Origin: Planctomycetota bacterium
GTDB taxonomy: Bacteria > Planctomycetota > B143-G9
Direction of reading: 5' to 3'
Assembly (NCBI GenBank): GCA_034521065.1
Contig: JAXHMW010000020.1
Span: forward strand, 196,986 to 260,985
DNA length: 64,000 bases
Each line of letters opens with the position of its first letter. The stretch's first letter is position 1. Made by a program: the position numbers and the translations under genes. The notes under the pieces were generated by a model. That model was given only the letters and a program-made list of their open reading frames with translations, was not told where the DNA came from and searched no databases. This document shows, in pieces, positions 43,972 through 54,357 of this stretch.

Positions 43972-44008
43972 CCCCGGTCAGTGACAGCCATTGGCCGGGG
44001 TTTTCTTT
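43972..44008 (+). terminator. rho-independent terminator after groEL
   Basis: 8-bp stem CCCCGGTC / GGCCGGGG with a 13-nt loop, followed by TTTTCTTTC. Confidence 0.6.
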
Positions 44009-44092
44009 CGTCGGACGCCAAAGTTCCGTTTAATTGTTTCCTTATTGCGTTCGTCCGACCCGCAGAGCGGCAAGCGGAAGGCTTATTGCTAT

Positions 44093-45240
44093 ATGGCACC
44101 AACCAAAAAGGACTACTACGAAATACTCGGCGTCCCCCGCGATGCATCTCAGGGCGACATAAAGGCGGCCTATCGAAAGGCTGCGTTCAAGTACCACCCC
44201 GACCGCAATCCCGGTGATGCACAAGCCGAGGAGAAGTTCAAGGAGGTCGGAGAGGCCTACGAGGTGCTGAGAGACCCCGAAACGCGTGCCCGGTACGACC
44301 GGTTCGGTCACGAGGGAGTTCGCGGGGACGTGTTCCAGTACAACACATCGGACTTCTTCGACTTGTTCGACGGTCTTTTCGGCGACTCACTGTTCGGGGA
44401 CATGTTCGGTGGAGGTCGCTCGTCGAGAAGGCGGGGACCGAGAGCCGGTGCATCGCGCAAGATCGAACTGCGCCTCACTCTGGATGAATGTGCAAAAGGC
44501 GCACAGAAGGAGATGACCTACAAGCGGATGATACGCTGCGACGAGTGTGACGGTTCCGGTTCGAAGAGCGGAAACGGATGGCGCACATGCGGCACCTGCC
44601 GTGGCACGGGTTCGGTGACATCATCGCAGGGCTTTATCTCCATGCGTACCCCCTGCCCCACCTGTAGCGGTCAGGGCAGAACCCTTTCCTACCCCTGTCC
44701 GAAGTGTTCCGGCAAGGGCAAGATGGAACAGAAGCGCAAGGTCAGCGTAAAGGTTCCGGCAGGGCATAGACGAGGGCGCTCGCATTCGTCTTCAGGGAGA
44801 AGGTGATGTCGGCGACCGTGGAGCGCCGAACGGCGATTTGCTGGTTTACATCACGGCCAAGCCTTACCAGAGCTCTCCTCAAGACGCGGGCTCGACCTTC
44901 ACTGCGAGTTGGCGATCAAGTTTCACCGTGCGGCCCTTGGCGGAGTCGATCCACCTGCCCCCAACCCTCGGGCAAGGCCGAGCCGAAAAGGAACCCGCCG
45001 GGCATCCAGCCGGGACTCAGACACTCAAGGCACGAAGAAGAACACGGGGAATGCCACATCACCAGATTCCCGACCACAAGGGCGCGCAGTACGTGACAAT
45101 ATCCGTTGAAGTGCCGAAGAACGACAAGCAGGCACAGGGAACTACTCAAGGAATTCGCCGAACTGGAGGGCGATGAGATACAACCGCGCAAGGACGGCAT
45201 CCTCGACAGGCTCAAGGACATGCTCTCCGGCGGTGAGTGA
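44093..45240 (+). CDS. dnaJ: molecular chaperone DnaJ; 3-prime third heavily frame-disrupted
   Basis: J-domain [14 protein letters not shown], a G/F region and four CxxCxGxG motifs are intact to about 44763. After that, conserved C-terminal motifs are spread over all three frames ([72 protein letters not shown]...GGE-TGA at 45238). Confidence 0.85.
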
Positions 45241-45244
45241 AATT

Positions 45245-45877
45245 ATGACCAACAACGACCAGAAAAACAACAACGGTCCCGGCGGCGTGGGAAAGGACAA
45301 CACCATTGACGTTGACACCTTTCTGCACTCTATCGCATCCGGAGACGAGGACAACTCCCTCGGGCTCGTGGTGCCCCATGACAAGCTTCTGCAACTTCTG
45401 CAGGAAGCTCACAGCGCGGAACACTACAAAGACCTCGCGATGCGCATTCAGGCTGATTTCGAGAACTTCCGCAAGCGCACCGAACGAGATGCGGAAGAGG
45501 AGAGGGACGTGCGCTTGAAGTCCCTTTTCGAAAAAATTCTGCCCGCCCTGGAGGCATTTCATCTCGCGTTCGGTCACGACAACGACTGGTCCGAAGCCGA
45601 GACCCTGAACGGCGTGAAGATGGCTTTCGAACAGCTTACGGGTGCTTTGAAGGAATTCGGGCTCAAGAAGATAGAAGCGGAGGGCAAGAAGTTCGACCCG
45701 TCGCTTCACGAGGTTGCGGAGACCGAAGCTTCAAGGAAAAAGCCCCCCAATACCGTTCTGCGCGAACTGAGGCCCGGCTTCACCTTCAAGGGTATGTCAG
45801 TGCGGCCGAGCCAGGTGGTCGTCAGCGTTCCGGCAGCGAAGAAAAAAAACGGCAAGAAGAACAAAGACGGAGATTAG
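45245..45877 (+). CDS. grpE: nucleotide exchange factor GrpE
   Basis: Motifs RIQADFENFRKRTERD and FDPSLHEV. ATG 45245 lies 4 nt after the dnaJ stop. Confidence 0.9.
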   Translation: MTNNDQKNNNGPGGVGKDNTIDVDTFLHSIASGDEDNSLGLVVPHDKLLQLLQEAHSAEHYKDLAMRIQADFENFRKRTERDAEEERDVRLKSLFEKILPALEAFHLAFGHDNDWSEAETLNGVKMAFEQLTGALKEFGLKKIEAEGKKFDPSLHEVAETEASRKKPPNTVLRELRPGFTFKGMSVRPSQVVVSVPAAKKKNGKKNKDGD

Positions 45878-45880
45878 CTA

Positions 45881-46141
45881 ATGCCGACTTACGAATACAA
45901 GTGTGATGACTGCTCCATGAACTTCGAGAAGTTCCAGTCCATGACGGATGCACCGCTGACCGAGTGTCCTTACTGCAAGGGCAATGTCCACAGGGTTCCA
46001 TCCGCAGGCGCAGGGCTCGTCTTCAAGGGTTCGGGGTTCTACAGTACCGACTACTCGGACTCCCCGAAGCCCAAACAAACAAGGCCACCCGAGTGCGACA
46101 ACTGCTGCGGAAGCGACTCCTGCCCCGCGGCGGAGGAATAG
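45881..46141 (+). CDS. FmdB-family zinc-ribbon protein
   Basis: MPTYEYKCDDC...CPYC...KGSGFYSTDY signature with a Cys-rich tail. Confidence 0.75.
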   Translation: MPTYEYKCDDCSMNFEKFQSMTDAPLTECPYCKGNVHRVPSAGAGLVFKGSGFYSTDYSDSPKPKQTRPPECDNCCGSDSCPAAEE

Positions 46142-46165
46142 CTTCCCCCTTCCACAAGTGTTTGC

Positions 46166-46195
46166 GGGCCGCCCTCGCAGGCGGCCCGTTTTGTT
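46166..46195 (+). terminator. rho-independent terminator
   Basis: Stem GGGCCGCC / GGCGGCCC with a 6-nt loop, followed by GTTTTGTT. Confidence 0.65.
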
Positions 46196-46230
46196 GTACA
46201 ATGGTACTAAATACCGTGCAGGAGTGCCAT

Positions 46231-47460
46231 ATGAACAGAAAAGCAGTTCTATTCGCAGTTGTCCTGACTTCAGCACTGATGTTCGCGGCCGGGCTTTTCG
46301 CAAACGCGGAGGACGAGCCCCAGCCCCGCAAGACCGTCCTGGAGCCGGACCAATCGCTTCGCAAACGCGCACAGGTGCGCTATCCGCCAAGCGGTTACGT
46401 TCAAATTCCGGTAAACGCCTCGGCGATGGGGTTCATCACTCGCACCACGATTCTCACCGTACATGTCTATCCATATGACGAGGCCACTCCCCTGATACAG
46501 AACATGGAAGAGCCTATCGAGACGTGGACTCGCCTTCCGGGTGACGCTGCAAAATACGCAGACGACAAGGTATTCTTCATGCTCAACGTCGAACTCGCGC
46601 CGGGACAGCGCCCGGAACAGTTAATCTTCCGCCCGTTTTTCGAGACGGTTGACGGCGAGCACCTTCCCACCAAGGCCACCTGGCATTCAACTGCGCAGAT
46701 ACCCCTCGAACGGCTCGACAGCCAGTCGCAGTACGTTATCGCCTCGCATTCCCAGATAGTAGACAGCCGCGTGCGCTTCATTGTGGAGCGCAGAAAGACG
46801 CTCGAAAAGCAGGCATTCACCGGAGGCAGCAGCGACCTTTTCGCGCCAGACAGACAGCTTACGACCGTACTGGAAAACCCATTTTCCCTGACGGTGACGA
46901 TACCCCGCTTTTCGGCGGCACGGCTCATGATGGAGTCTCACACCGGTAACAGTGGCCTTCGACCTGCTTCTCGACGACAACTTCGCCCACGAGGGACAGG
47001 TTTTCGTGGTCAACGAACTGTCACCCCTGATTCCTCGGCCTTGGCGAAATACACCCCTGTTCGAAAGAACGTGCTCATCGAGGGCACCGACACTGCCCTG
47101 CCCATGGACACAAAGAAGGTGGAAATCGTGCTAAATTCACGCCTTTTCGAACGTGTGAGCATGAAGCTGAAGTACACCAACGTGCAGATTCAGACTGGCT
47201 CGGGAAAGCTCCCCTCGCGCATCGAGCTTCTCGACAACGGCAGGATGAAATTCATAGTGGAACCTCCTGAATCCTACATGTCCAGGGCCGCAGCGGAAGG
47301 CATAGACTGGTCACTACTTCTCAGCTACAACGCTTTTGACGGAGATATATCACTTCCTGAAGCCGTTAATGAGATATACTCAATGAGAGTGACGGGCGGG
47401 GACGAGACGGCGGTGGATCTGGTAGAGACCGGCGAAGGCATATTCGGTAAACGGCAATAG
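46231..47460 (+). CDS. secreted hypothetical protein (two compensating frame changes)
   Basis: ATG 46231 with a CAGGAG SD. The signal MNRKAVLFAVVLTSALMFAAGLFANA is followed by EDEP. The stretch 46948-47035 reads better in the frame of track ORF 46952..47134 (VAFDLLLDDNFAHEGQVFVVNELSPLIP). Confidence 0.55.
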   Translation: MNRKAVLFAVVLTSALMFAAGLFANAEDEPQPRKTVLEPDQSLRKRAQVRYPPSGYVQIPVNASAMGFITRTTILTVHVYPYDEATPLIQNMEEPIETWTRLPGDAAKYADDKVFFMLNVELAPGQRPEQLIFRPFFETVDGEHLPTKATWHSTAQIPLERLDSQSQYVIASHSQIVDSRVRFIVERRKTLEKQAFTGGSSDLFAPDRQLTTVLENPFSLTVTIPRFSAARLMMESHTGNSGLRPASRRQLRPRGTGFRGQRTVTPDSSALAKYTPVRKNVLIEGTDTALPMDTKKVEIVLNSRLFERVSMKLKYTNVQIQTGSGKLPSRIELLDNGRMKFIVEPPESYMSRAAAEGIDWSLLLSYNAFDGDISLPEAVNEIYSMRVTGGDETAVDLVETGEGIFGKRQ

Positions 47461-47804
47461 GGAACAGCGCCACTATTGCGAGGCGCATCCGCCATGCTTT
47501 TTTGCTCTTTTGAGAGCCCGGGACTCCGAGGGGGCTCGAAGCCCCGGTACTCCAGTCATGCTGCCGGCCATGTTGTCAAGCTGCAAGTGAGGAAACCATG
47601 CGGTTCTGAGCTGTTCGTTACTGACCGTGTCGCTTTTCTCATCCGATGCCGGCAATTTTTCGGAAGTTTTTCCGGTATTACTGGCCTGCAAACGCAGTGC
47701 CAAGGTGCATTTCGAGCGTTTTTGGAATTCGAACGTCAAAAAAACATGACAATCGCGCATTCTTCGTGCTAAGCTAACTTCGTATATGATCAACAGGGCT
47801 TACC

Positions 47805-49583
47805 GTGGGTAGATACTTTGGTGAAGACGTCCTTGCGGAAGTCGCGTCCGCCAACGACATCGTAGAGGTCATTTCCTCTTACATCAAGGTCAAGCGTGAG
47901 GGAAAGAACTACTCCGCCCTCTGCCCCTTTCATCGAGAGAAAACACCATCGTTCAAGATCTTTCCTGATTCTCAGCGCTACAAGTGTTTTGGCTGTGGTG
48001 CGTCCGGTAACGTGTTCGAGTTCGTCAAGGAGATGGATCGTCTCAGTTTTCCAGAAGCGGTCGAGCTTCTTGCACGCCGCGGCGGTGTACGAATCGCGCG
48101 GTCTGAAAAACAGGCGAAGGACCTTGCTCAACGCGATATCTGCTTCGAACTCAACAGGGAAGCAAAAAATCACTTTTTGCGTAATCTGCACACCGACGAG
48201 GGTAGTATCGCAAGGGATTACATCCGGACTCGCGGGTTCACACCCGAGACCGCCCGCAAGGTAGGGCTCGGTTACAGTCTGGATTCTTGGTCGGCCCTGT
48301 TGGACCGGCTGAAGGCAAAGGGTCACTCCGAGGAAGAAGTAGTTGGAGCGGGGCTCGCACTTCGTTCAAAACGGGGTTCCGCCTACGACAGATTCAGGAA
48401 TCGGCTTATGTTTCCGATCAGCGACCTTCAGGGCAGGGTCGTCGGATTCGGCGCACGAGCACTCGGCGATGACGAGGTGAAGTACCTCAACTCGCCCGAG
48501 ACACCGGTCTTTAACAAATCAACTCTTCTGTACGGCATTCTCTCCGCCCGAAAGGAAATGGAGGACACCGGCGTGGCCATCGTAATGGAAGGCTACACCG
48601 ATGTGATAGCTGCCGTTCAGGAAGGCATGACCAACTGTGTCGCTACTCTGGGTACAGCACTCACGGCCCGCCACCTGCGACTGCTGAGCCGCTTCGTGAA
48701 AGAGGTGGTATTCGTATTCGACGGTGATGAGGCAGGCATCAAGGCCGCAGAGCGTTCCCTCCCCCTGTGTCTCGAACAGGAGATGGATGCAAGGGTCCTC
48801 GAGTTGCCCGACGGTACAGACCCCTGCGACTTCATCCAAAAACACGGTCGCGAAGTGTTCGTCCAGCTTGTTGCCGACGCGCCCCGCATCTTCGATTTCG
48901 TGCTGTCCAAACTTTCCGCAACCCATGACATGGACGACCCGACAGAGAAGATCAAGGCATGTGAGACTCTCGCGGGGCTCGTTGCACAGGTAAAGAGCGA
49001 TGTACACCGCGAGGTATGGGCGAGTGAAGCGGCACAATATTTGAAAATCAGGCCCGAGTCCTTGAAGACCATGATAGAAGGTGCCACAACCGCATCTTCT
49101 TTGAGAAAAAAGCAACGTCAAGACGTTGATCGGTCACAAGTAACGACGGGCTACAGACATACGCCGGGCTGGACAGTGCTCGGCATCCTTCTCACCTTCC
49201 CTTCTCTCGCACGCGAGTTCGCTTCGAAACTCACGGTCTTCGACGAAACGGAAGACAGCGCGGCACCCTTGCTCGCCAATGTGGGCGACCTTTGCGCAAA
49301 AGAGGAAAAAGAGGAAGAGTGGGACAGGACGTTCTGGCAGACGCTTCAGGAACGCGAGACCTTCATTCTCGCCGAAAGGGCCTGCGAAAAGGTTCCCGAC
49401 GACGAGGACAAGGCACGCGAGGTGATGACGCGCACGCTCGAAATCGCAGCCAGAAAGAAACTGAGGCTGGAAAGAGAAAAGCTGAAGCAACAGATGCTCG
49501 AAGCTGCCAGAGACGGAGACGAATGGGCGTATGACGAACTCATGCGCCGTTACGAAGAACTTGGAAACGAACTTAAGCCATGA
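47805..49583 (+). CDS. dnaG: DNA primase
   Basis: Zinc finger CPFHREKTPSFKIFPDSQRYKCFGCGASGN and TOPRIM EGYTDV. Intact 592-aa ORF with a GTG start. Confidence 0.95.
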   Translation: MGRYFGEDVLAEVASANDIVEVISSYIKVKREGKNYSALCPFHREKTPSFKIFPDSQRYKCFGCGASGNVFEFVKEMDRLSFPEAVELLARRGGVRIARSEKQAKDLAQRDICFELNREAKNHFLRNLHTDEGSIARDYIRTRGFTPETARKVGLGYSLDSWSALLDRLKAKGHSEEEVVGAGLALRSKRGSAYDRFRNRLMFPISDLQGRVVGFGARALGDDEVKYLNSPETPVFNKSTLLYGILSARKEMEDTGVAIVMEGYTDVIAAVQEGMTNCVATLGTALTARHLRLLSRFVKEVVFVFDGDEAGIKAAERSLPLCLEQEMDARVLELPDGTDPCDFIQKHGREVFVQLVADAPRIFDFVLSKLSATHDMDDPTEKIKACETLAGLVAQVKSDVHREVWASEAAQYLKIRPESLKTMIEGATTASSLRKKQRQDVDRSQVTTGYRHTPGWTVLGILLTFPSLAREFASKLTVFDETEDSAAPLLANVGDLCAKEEKEEEWDRTFWQTLQERETFILAERACEKVPDDEDKAREVMTRTLEIAARKKLRLEREKLKQQMLEAARDGDEWAYDELMRRYEELGNELKP

Positions 49584-49600
49584 ACAAACGGAGGTTTTGA

Positions 49601-51208
49601 ATGGCATTCGCTGACGACTTGAAAGCACTTCTCAAGCTCGGTAAGAAGAACGGCTACCTTACCTATGCCCAAGTACTGGAAACCATGGGTAAGACGCTGT
49701 CACCGGAATCGCTCGACAAACTTACCATGGTTCTCGATGACAACAACATCGACCTTGTCAAGAACAAGGGCAAGGACTCGGGTAATGACGATGATCCGGC
49801 ACTCGCCGAACTCGAGAAGAAGGAAATAAACGACCCCGTGAGGCTCTACCTCACGCAGATGGGGTCAATACCCCTCCTTCGCAGACAGGAGGAGATTACC
49901 CTCGCGAAGAAAATCGAGGTAGCAGGCTTCGCCTTCAGAAGGCTCGTGCTCGGTAACGATATCGCCGCGCACTACGCGTACAAGAACATCGAGGCCACCA
50001 ACAACAGCGACCTCGCGGCCGAGAAGAGTCCCAAGCCGACCGGCTTCTATGCGGGCGCCAAGGATGACATGCGCGAGCGCATGAACTCCAACATCCGCAC
50101 AATTGCGGGTATCCTCGCGCGTATCGAGTCGAATTGCGTGGAGCTTTTCGACCCCGATAACACGCTCGACCCCGAACGCAAGAAGATGCTTGAAGAGCAG
50201 ATCGAGGAGAGGCGCGAGAAGGTCATCGTTCTGTTCGAGGAACTCCGCATACGCACCAAGCAGCTCATCCCGCAATTTGAACAGATCGAACAGACCAACG
50301 AACAGGTCCAGAAGGTCGTGCGCCGTCTCAATGAGGCTCGCATGAAGGGTGAGTCGGCCGAGAGAATCGAACGCATCGAGCGCAAGCTCTACAAAATGCA
50401 ACTCTACATCAAGGAGACTCCTGAGAGCCTCGACAACCGCACTCGTCTGGCGAAGAAGTTCCTCACCGACTACCAGTGGGCTGCTCAGAAACTGTCCGGC
50501 GGTAACCTGAGGCTCGTGGTTTCTATCGCGAAGAAGTACCGCAACCGCGGTCTCTCGTTCCTCGACCTGATTCAGGAGGGCAACACCGGCCTGATGAAGG
50601 CGGTTGAGAAGTACGAGTACCGCAGGGGTTACAAGTTCTCGACGTACGCAACGTGGTGGATTCGTCAGGCGATTACCCGTGCGGTGGCCGACCAGGCCCG
50701 CACGATTCGCATACCGGTGCACATGATCGAGACCATGAGCAAGCTGAAGCGAGTGGCGAAACAGCTCACCCAGGAACTCGGCCGCGAGCCTCTTCTCAAC
50801 GAGATAGCCGAGATAGCCGAGATGAGCGTTTCGGAAGTGACCAGAATCTTCAAGATAGCCAAGAACCCCGTGTCCATAGACACTCCGGTAGGAGACTCGG
50901 ATGACTCCTTCATAGGTGATTTCATCGAGGACAAGTCGGTAGAGTCCCCAATCAACCTGGCAAGCTTCGACATGCTCAAGGACAAGATAGACGATGTGCT
51001 GGCCACGCTTTCCTACCGTGAGCGCGAGATTATCAAGCTCCGCTACGGTCTTAACGACGGCTACGCCTACACGCTCGAAGAGGTGGGCCGCAAGTTCAAG
51101 GTCACCCGCGAACGCGTCCGCCAGATCGAGGCCAAGGCCCTTCGCAAGCTCCAGCACCCCATCCGTGCAAGGCACCTTGAAGGTTTCCTCGACGACTCCT
51201 CTTTCTGA
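49601..51208 (+). CDS. rpoD: RNA polymerase sigma factor RpoD (sigma-70)
   Basis: Region 2 [13 protein letters not shown] and region 4 [35 protein letters not shown]. Confidence 0.95.
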   Translation: MAFADDLKALLKLGKKNGYLTYAQVLETMGKTLSPESLDKLTMVLDDNNIDLVKNKGKDSGNDDDPALAELEKKEINDPVRLYLTQMGSIPLLRRQEEITLAKKIEVAGFAFRRLVLGNDIAAHYAYKNIEATNNSDLAAEKSPKPTGFYAGAKDDMRERMNSNIRTIAGILARIESNCVELFDPDNTLDPERKKMLEEQIEERREKVIVLFEELRIRTKQLIPQFEQIEQTNEQVQKVVRRLNEARMKGESAERIERIERKLYKMQLYIKETPESLDNRTRLAKKFLTDYQWAAQKLSGGNLRLVVSIAKKYRNRGLSFLDLIQEGNTGLMKAVEKYEYRRGYKFSTYATWWIRQAITRAVADQARTIRIPVHMIETMSKLKRVAKQLTQELGREPLLNEIAEIAEMSVSEVTRIFKIAKNPVSIDTPVGDSDDSFIGDFIEDKSVESPINLASFDMLKDKIDDVLATLSYREREIIKLRYGLNDGYAYTLEEVGRKFKVTRERVRQIEAKALRKLQHPIRARHLEGFLDDSSF

Positions 51209-51229
51209 GAACAAACCGACTGGTCATCA

Positions 51230-51262
51230 GGGGTGTGTCTTAAGACACACCCCTGTTTCTTT
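51230..51262 (+). terminator. rho-independent terminator after rpoD
   Basis: 10-bp stem GGGGTGTGTC / GACACACCCC with loop TTAA, followed by TGTTTCTTT. Confidence 0.75.
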
Positions 51263-51273
51263 ATGAGGACAGC

Positions 51274-52242
51274 ATGAACGCTAAAAATGCTCTGAAGTGG
51301 TTTGGATATTTTCTCGCGGGGTTCGTCGTGGTGTTCGTGTTGTCTGTTCTTGGCTACAACATCGTCACCGGTTTCGGACTGAGAAGATACGAGAAGTCGC
51401 TGCCAAATCCGAAAGACGGCGTACCGGTCAGCGAGGCCGCGCCCTTCTCCCTTACACCTGAAGGCGAATCAGCGACAGAGGCGGTCATGTTCGTTCACGG
51501 CTTCGGCGACTGCCCGATGGACTTCGCCCAACTCCCGCAACTTGTCGCACGGGACGGATATGCTGTGAGGGCAGTCCTGCTTGCCGGACACGGCACCTCT
51601 CCCAGAGAACTCAAACACGTTACCGTGCAGGATCACCTCTCGCACCTCGGCGATGAATACGCGAGGCTCGCGAAGAGCTACGACAAAGTACACCTCGTGG
51701 GCTTTTCTTTTGGCGGCACGCTTTCGACGATACTCGCTGCACGTGCTGAAAAACGGCCTGCATCGCTCACACTTCTTGCTCCCTGTTTCGAGGTCTCGCG
51801 GCGCCGTTCCTTCCTGCTGTCACCGGAGTCCTGGGCGAAGACATTTGGTTGGATGATACCGTACGTCTCCAAGGTCGAGGCGTTTCCGCCGACCAACGAC
51901 CCCTCGATGCGCGGCAAGGTATTCTCATACCGCTATGTACCCACGAACTCGGTTGTCGTGCTTTCGGAGGCCGAACAGGTCGCGAGGAACCCCGAAACGC
52001 TCTCGAGACGATCTGGCCCTGCCCTTTTCATTCACTCTTTAGACGACCGGGTGGCATCATTCGACGCCAGCCTGAAAGCGTACCGACAGCTTGCCACGAA
52101 GCCCGAGAACAAGGTGTTCGTCGAACTTCATCGCTCCAACCATCTTCTTATGTGGGATTATGAGCGCGAAATTGTGAGGGACAGGGTGTGCGACTTCTTC
52201 GGAGTCAGTTCGAAAGGTCCTTATGCCCGCGCAGAACGCTGA
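51274..52242 (+). CDS. membrane-anchored alpha/beta-fold hydrolase (lysophospholipase/esterase-like)
   Basis: N-terminal TM, the HGFGD oxyanion region and the nucleophile elbow GFSFGG. Confidence 0.75.
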   Translation: MNAKNALKWFGYFLAGFVVVFVLSVLGYNIVTGFGLRRYEKSLPNPKDGVPVSEAAPFSLTPEGESATEAVMFVHGFGDCPMDFAQLPQLVARDGYAVRAVLLAGHGTSPRELKHVTVQDHLSHLGDEYARLAKSYDKVHLVGFSFGGTLSTILAARAEKRPASLTLLAPCFEVSRRRSFLLSPESWAKTFGWMIPYVSKVEAFPPTNDPSMRGKVFSYRYVPTNSVVVLSEAEQVARNPETLSRRSGPALFIHSLDDRVASFDASLKAYRQLATKPENKVFVELHRSNHLLMWDYEREIVRDRVCDFFGVSSKGPYARAER

Positions 52243-52265
52243 TAAGGCTGGAGAGCCGATAGGGC

Positions 52266-54068
52266 TTATTGAGATACTCCCAGTTCCCCTCTTCCGAGCT
52301 TCTCGGCGACAGGTGCGCGTGACAGGGACGAGCATACGACCACAGGGGAGCTCGAAGAGGCATCTATAATCCGCTTCAGGGCACTTACACCCTCTACGAA
52401 GACCGTATTGAGGTCCACTATCACGAAGGCGAACCCGTTTCGACCGGACAGCAGGCTCAATGCCTCGTCCAAACCGAGTGCGGAAGAGACAGAATAACCT
52501 ATGTGTTCCAGCATGTTGCGTGCGACGTTGGCCGAGGTGGTGTCGCTTTCGAGAAGCAGAACTTTGCCGGTTGCCCTGTGCGAGTAGAGCTTCTGGTCCG
52601 TGTCGTTCTCCTCGAATTCAAGAACAGGCAGATAAACCGTGAGGGAGAACCCCTCGCCCTTCGCGGTGCGAACCTCTACGCCGCCGCCATGGCTTCTGAT
52701 TATTCCCAGCATTGCCGCGAGCCCAAGTCCGCGACCGAGGAATTTTGTGGTATAGAAGGGGTCGAATACGCGGTGGACGAGTTCGGGAACCATGCCCGGC
52801 CCGTCGTCGCTTATCCTGAAATATGCATACGACCCTTCCCGCATATCGGGATTTCTGTACTTGTCGGCAAAGTTGTCGCCGCTGAGCGAGTCGACACCTG
52901 TGGAGACCGATATGCTCCCCGGTGCTCCGTCGAGGGACTCGATGGAGTTGTTGATGATGCTCATGAAGACCTGGCGCATCAGGAACATATCCACGGCTAC
53001 GACGTTGTCGCCCCCGTTGAGGCTCTTGGTGAACGAGATATTACTCTTGAGGGTTGCCTTTACAACAGGTATGAGTTCATGGACAAGGACGTCAATGTTC
53101 ACCTTGCTGAGGTCGGGTCTGCTCTTGCCCGCATATGCGAGCATCTGTTTGGTAAGTTCAGCCGCCATCACGCCTGCCTCCTCGATGCGGCGAACGTACT
53201 TGCGGACGGGAGATTCGGGCGGAAGGTGCATCAGCGCAAGGTCAGCGTTGCCCAGGACTCCGACGAGAAGATTGTTGTAATCGTGTGCAATTCCGCCGGT
53301 AAGTGACTGGAGGCTCTGAAGCCGCTCGCGCTCTCTCCTGCGTTCGGCTTCCAGCTCCTTAACATTGAGTGCGTGGCGGGCATCGGTGATGTCCCTCGCC
53401 AGCACAAGCGCGTATTCGGCGGATATTCGTGATACGCGCCATTCGAATGTCAATGGGGGATGGCTTGCACAAGAAGTGGCCTCCAACCTCTGTTGCTCAG
53501 CATCGTCAATAGCCTTCCGGACTTTGTTCTTCAGTGCCTGAACTACCCAGTCGGGCAGCCCGAGCTGTGTTATGTGCCTCGGTCTGGACGCGGCCTCCCA
53601 GGGAAACTCGAAGGCATCCGGAAAGTTATGTGTGAGTACCTCGCCCGAACGGGAGACCACGAAAAACGCGTCGGGGATTCCCTGCAGAACAGAAGCGTTG
53701 CATTCGGTTTTGTGCAGCAGATACCTGACCTTTCCGGCAAGAGACTTGGAGTCAGGCTCGCCGAAATCTATGAAATCGGAATAGGGCGCAAACTCCCTGA
53801 GAACATCTCCTTCAGGGATATCGTCCACGTGTACAAGAAGCTGCACGACGGCGTTTTTGCGTCGTACATCAGCCAATTTCTGGACCATTTCATGTGTGAA
53901 TTCGTGCTCACGCCAGAGCAAGATGTCATGGCGACGGTTTTCGTTAAGAACTCCGTCGAGGTGATCGTAATACAGGCATTCGGTACCGGGAAAGTCCTTG
54001 AGAGCAGAATAGATATCTCTGTGCTGCTCCTTAGTGAACCCACAAAGGGCGATGGAGTAAGTGCTCAT
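52266..54068 (-). CDS. cytoplasmic hybrid sensor histidine kinase (pseudo-receiver, PAS-like, HisKA, HATPase_c, receiver)
   Basis: H-box LTGGIAHDYNNLL, N-box IINNSIESL, G1 DDGPGM, G2 GRGLGL, and a C-terminal receiver with FVIVDLN. Confidence 0.85.
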   Translation of the reverse strand: MSTYSIALCGFTKEQHRDIYSALKDFPGTECLYYDHLDGVLNENRRHDILLWREHEFTHEMVQKLADVRRKNAVVQLLVHVDDIPEGDVLREFAPYSDFIDFGEPDSKSLAGKVRYLLHKTECNASVLQGIPDAFFVVSRSGEVLTHNFPDAFEFPWEAASRPRHITQLGLPDWVVQALKNKVRKAIDDAEQQRLEATSCASHPPLTFEWRVSRISAEYALVLARDITDARHALNVKELEAERRRERERLQSLQSLTGGIAHDYNNLLVGVLGNADLALMHLPPESPVRKYVRRIEEAGVMAAELTKQMLAYAGKSRPDLSKVNIDVLVHELIPVVKATLKSNISFTKSLNGGDNVVAVDMFLMRQVFMSIINNSIESLDGAPGSISVSTGVDSLSGDNFADKYRNPDMREGSYAYFRISDDGPGMVPELVHRVFDPFYTTKFLGRGLGLAAMLGIIRSHGGGVEVRTAKGEGFSLTVYLPVLEFEENDTDQKLYSHRATGKVLLLESDTTSANVARNMLEHIGYSVSSALGLDEALSLLSGRNGFAFVIVDLNTVFVEGVSALKRIIDASSSSPVVVCSSLSRAPVAEKLGRGELGVSQ

Positions 54069-54357
54069 TTTTCATATGCGCACGCTGAGCGTGCTTCCTC
54101 CCTCTATAGAACGCCGCACGGCTTGTACAACAGGTTCCTCCCCCTTATGTGCCATAGCAGTCACAGGAACCGTCCACCATTAATGCGACGTACTGATTAC
54201 TCATCCACCGAGCGTTAGAAATGAACGCTCACTGGTCATTTTGCTAAGCTTTTCGCTATGTCAATGATATTCAATCACTTTTTTCAGCTATAGGGCAGGA
54301 ACAGTCCCATACCCTCCATTAGATAACAACCATGGGCGCATGGCATTGGAGACATTG

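Noticed and set aside
50801-50824. Tandem 9-nt duplication GAGATAGCC-GAGATAGCC-GAGATG inside rpoD, and the GGM-type repeats at the groEL 3-prime end (43885-43945).
   Set aside because: Both are in frame. The rpoD duplication encodes EIAEIAEM and the groEL repeats encode the usual Gly-Gly-Met tail. These are ordinary coding-sequence features.
54210-54230. Perfect 7-bp hairpin GAGCGTT-N7-AACGCTC, and a second hairpin GCACGC-tga-GCGTGC (about 54081-54095), in the 289-nt gap between the OmpA-like gene and the kinase gene, considered as terminators or an sRNA.
   Set aside because: Neither is followed by a U-tract in the orientation needed for the OmpA-like transcript. I have no further evidence for a structured RNA.
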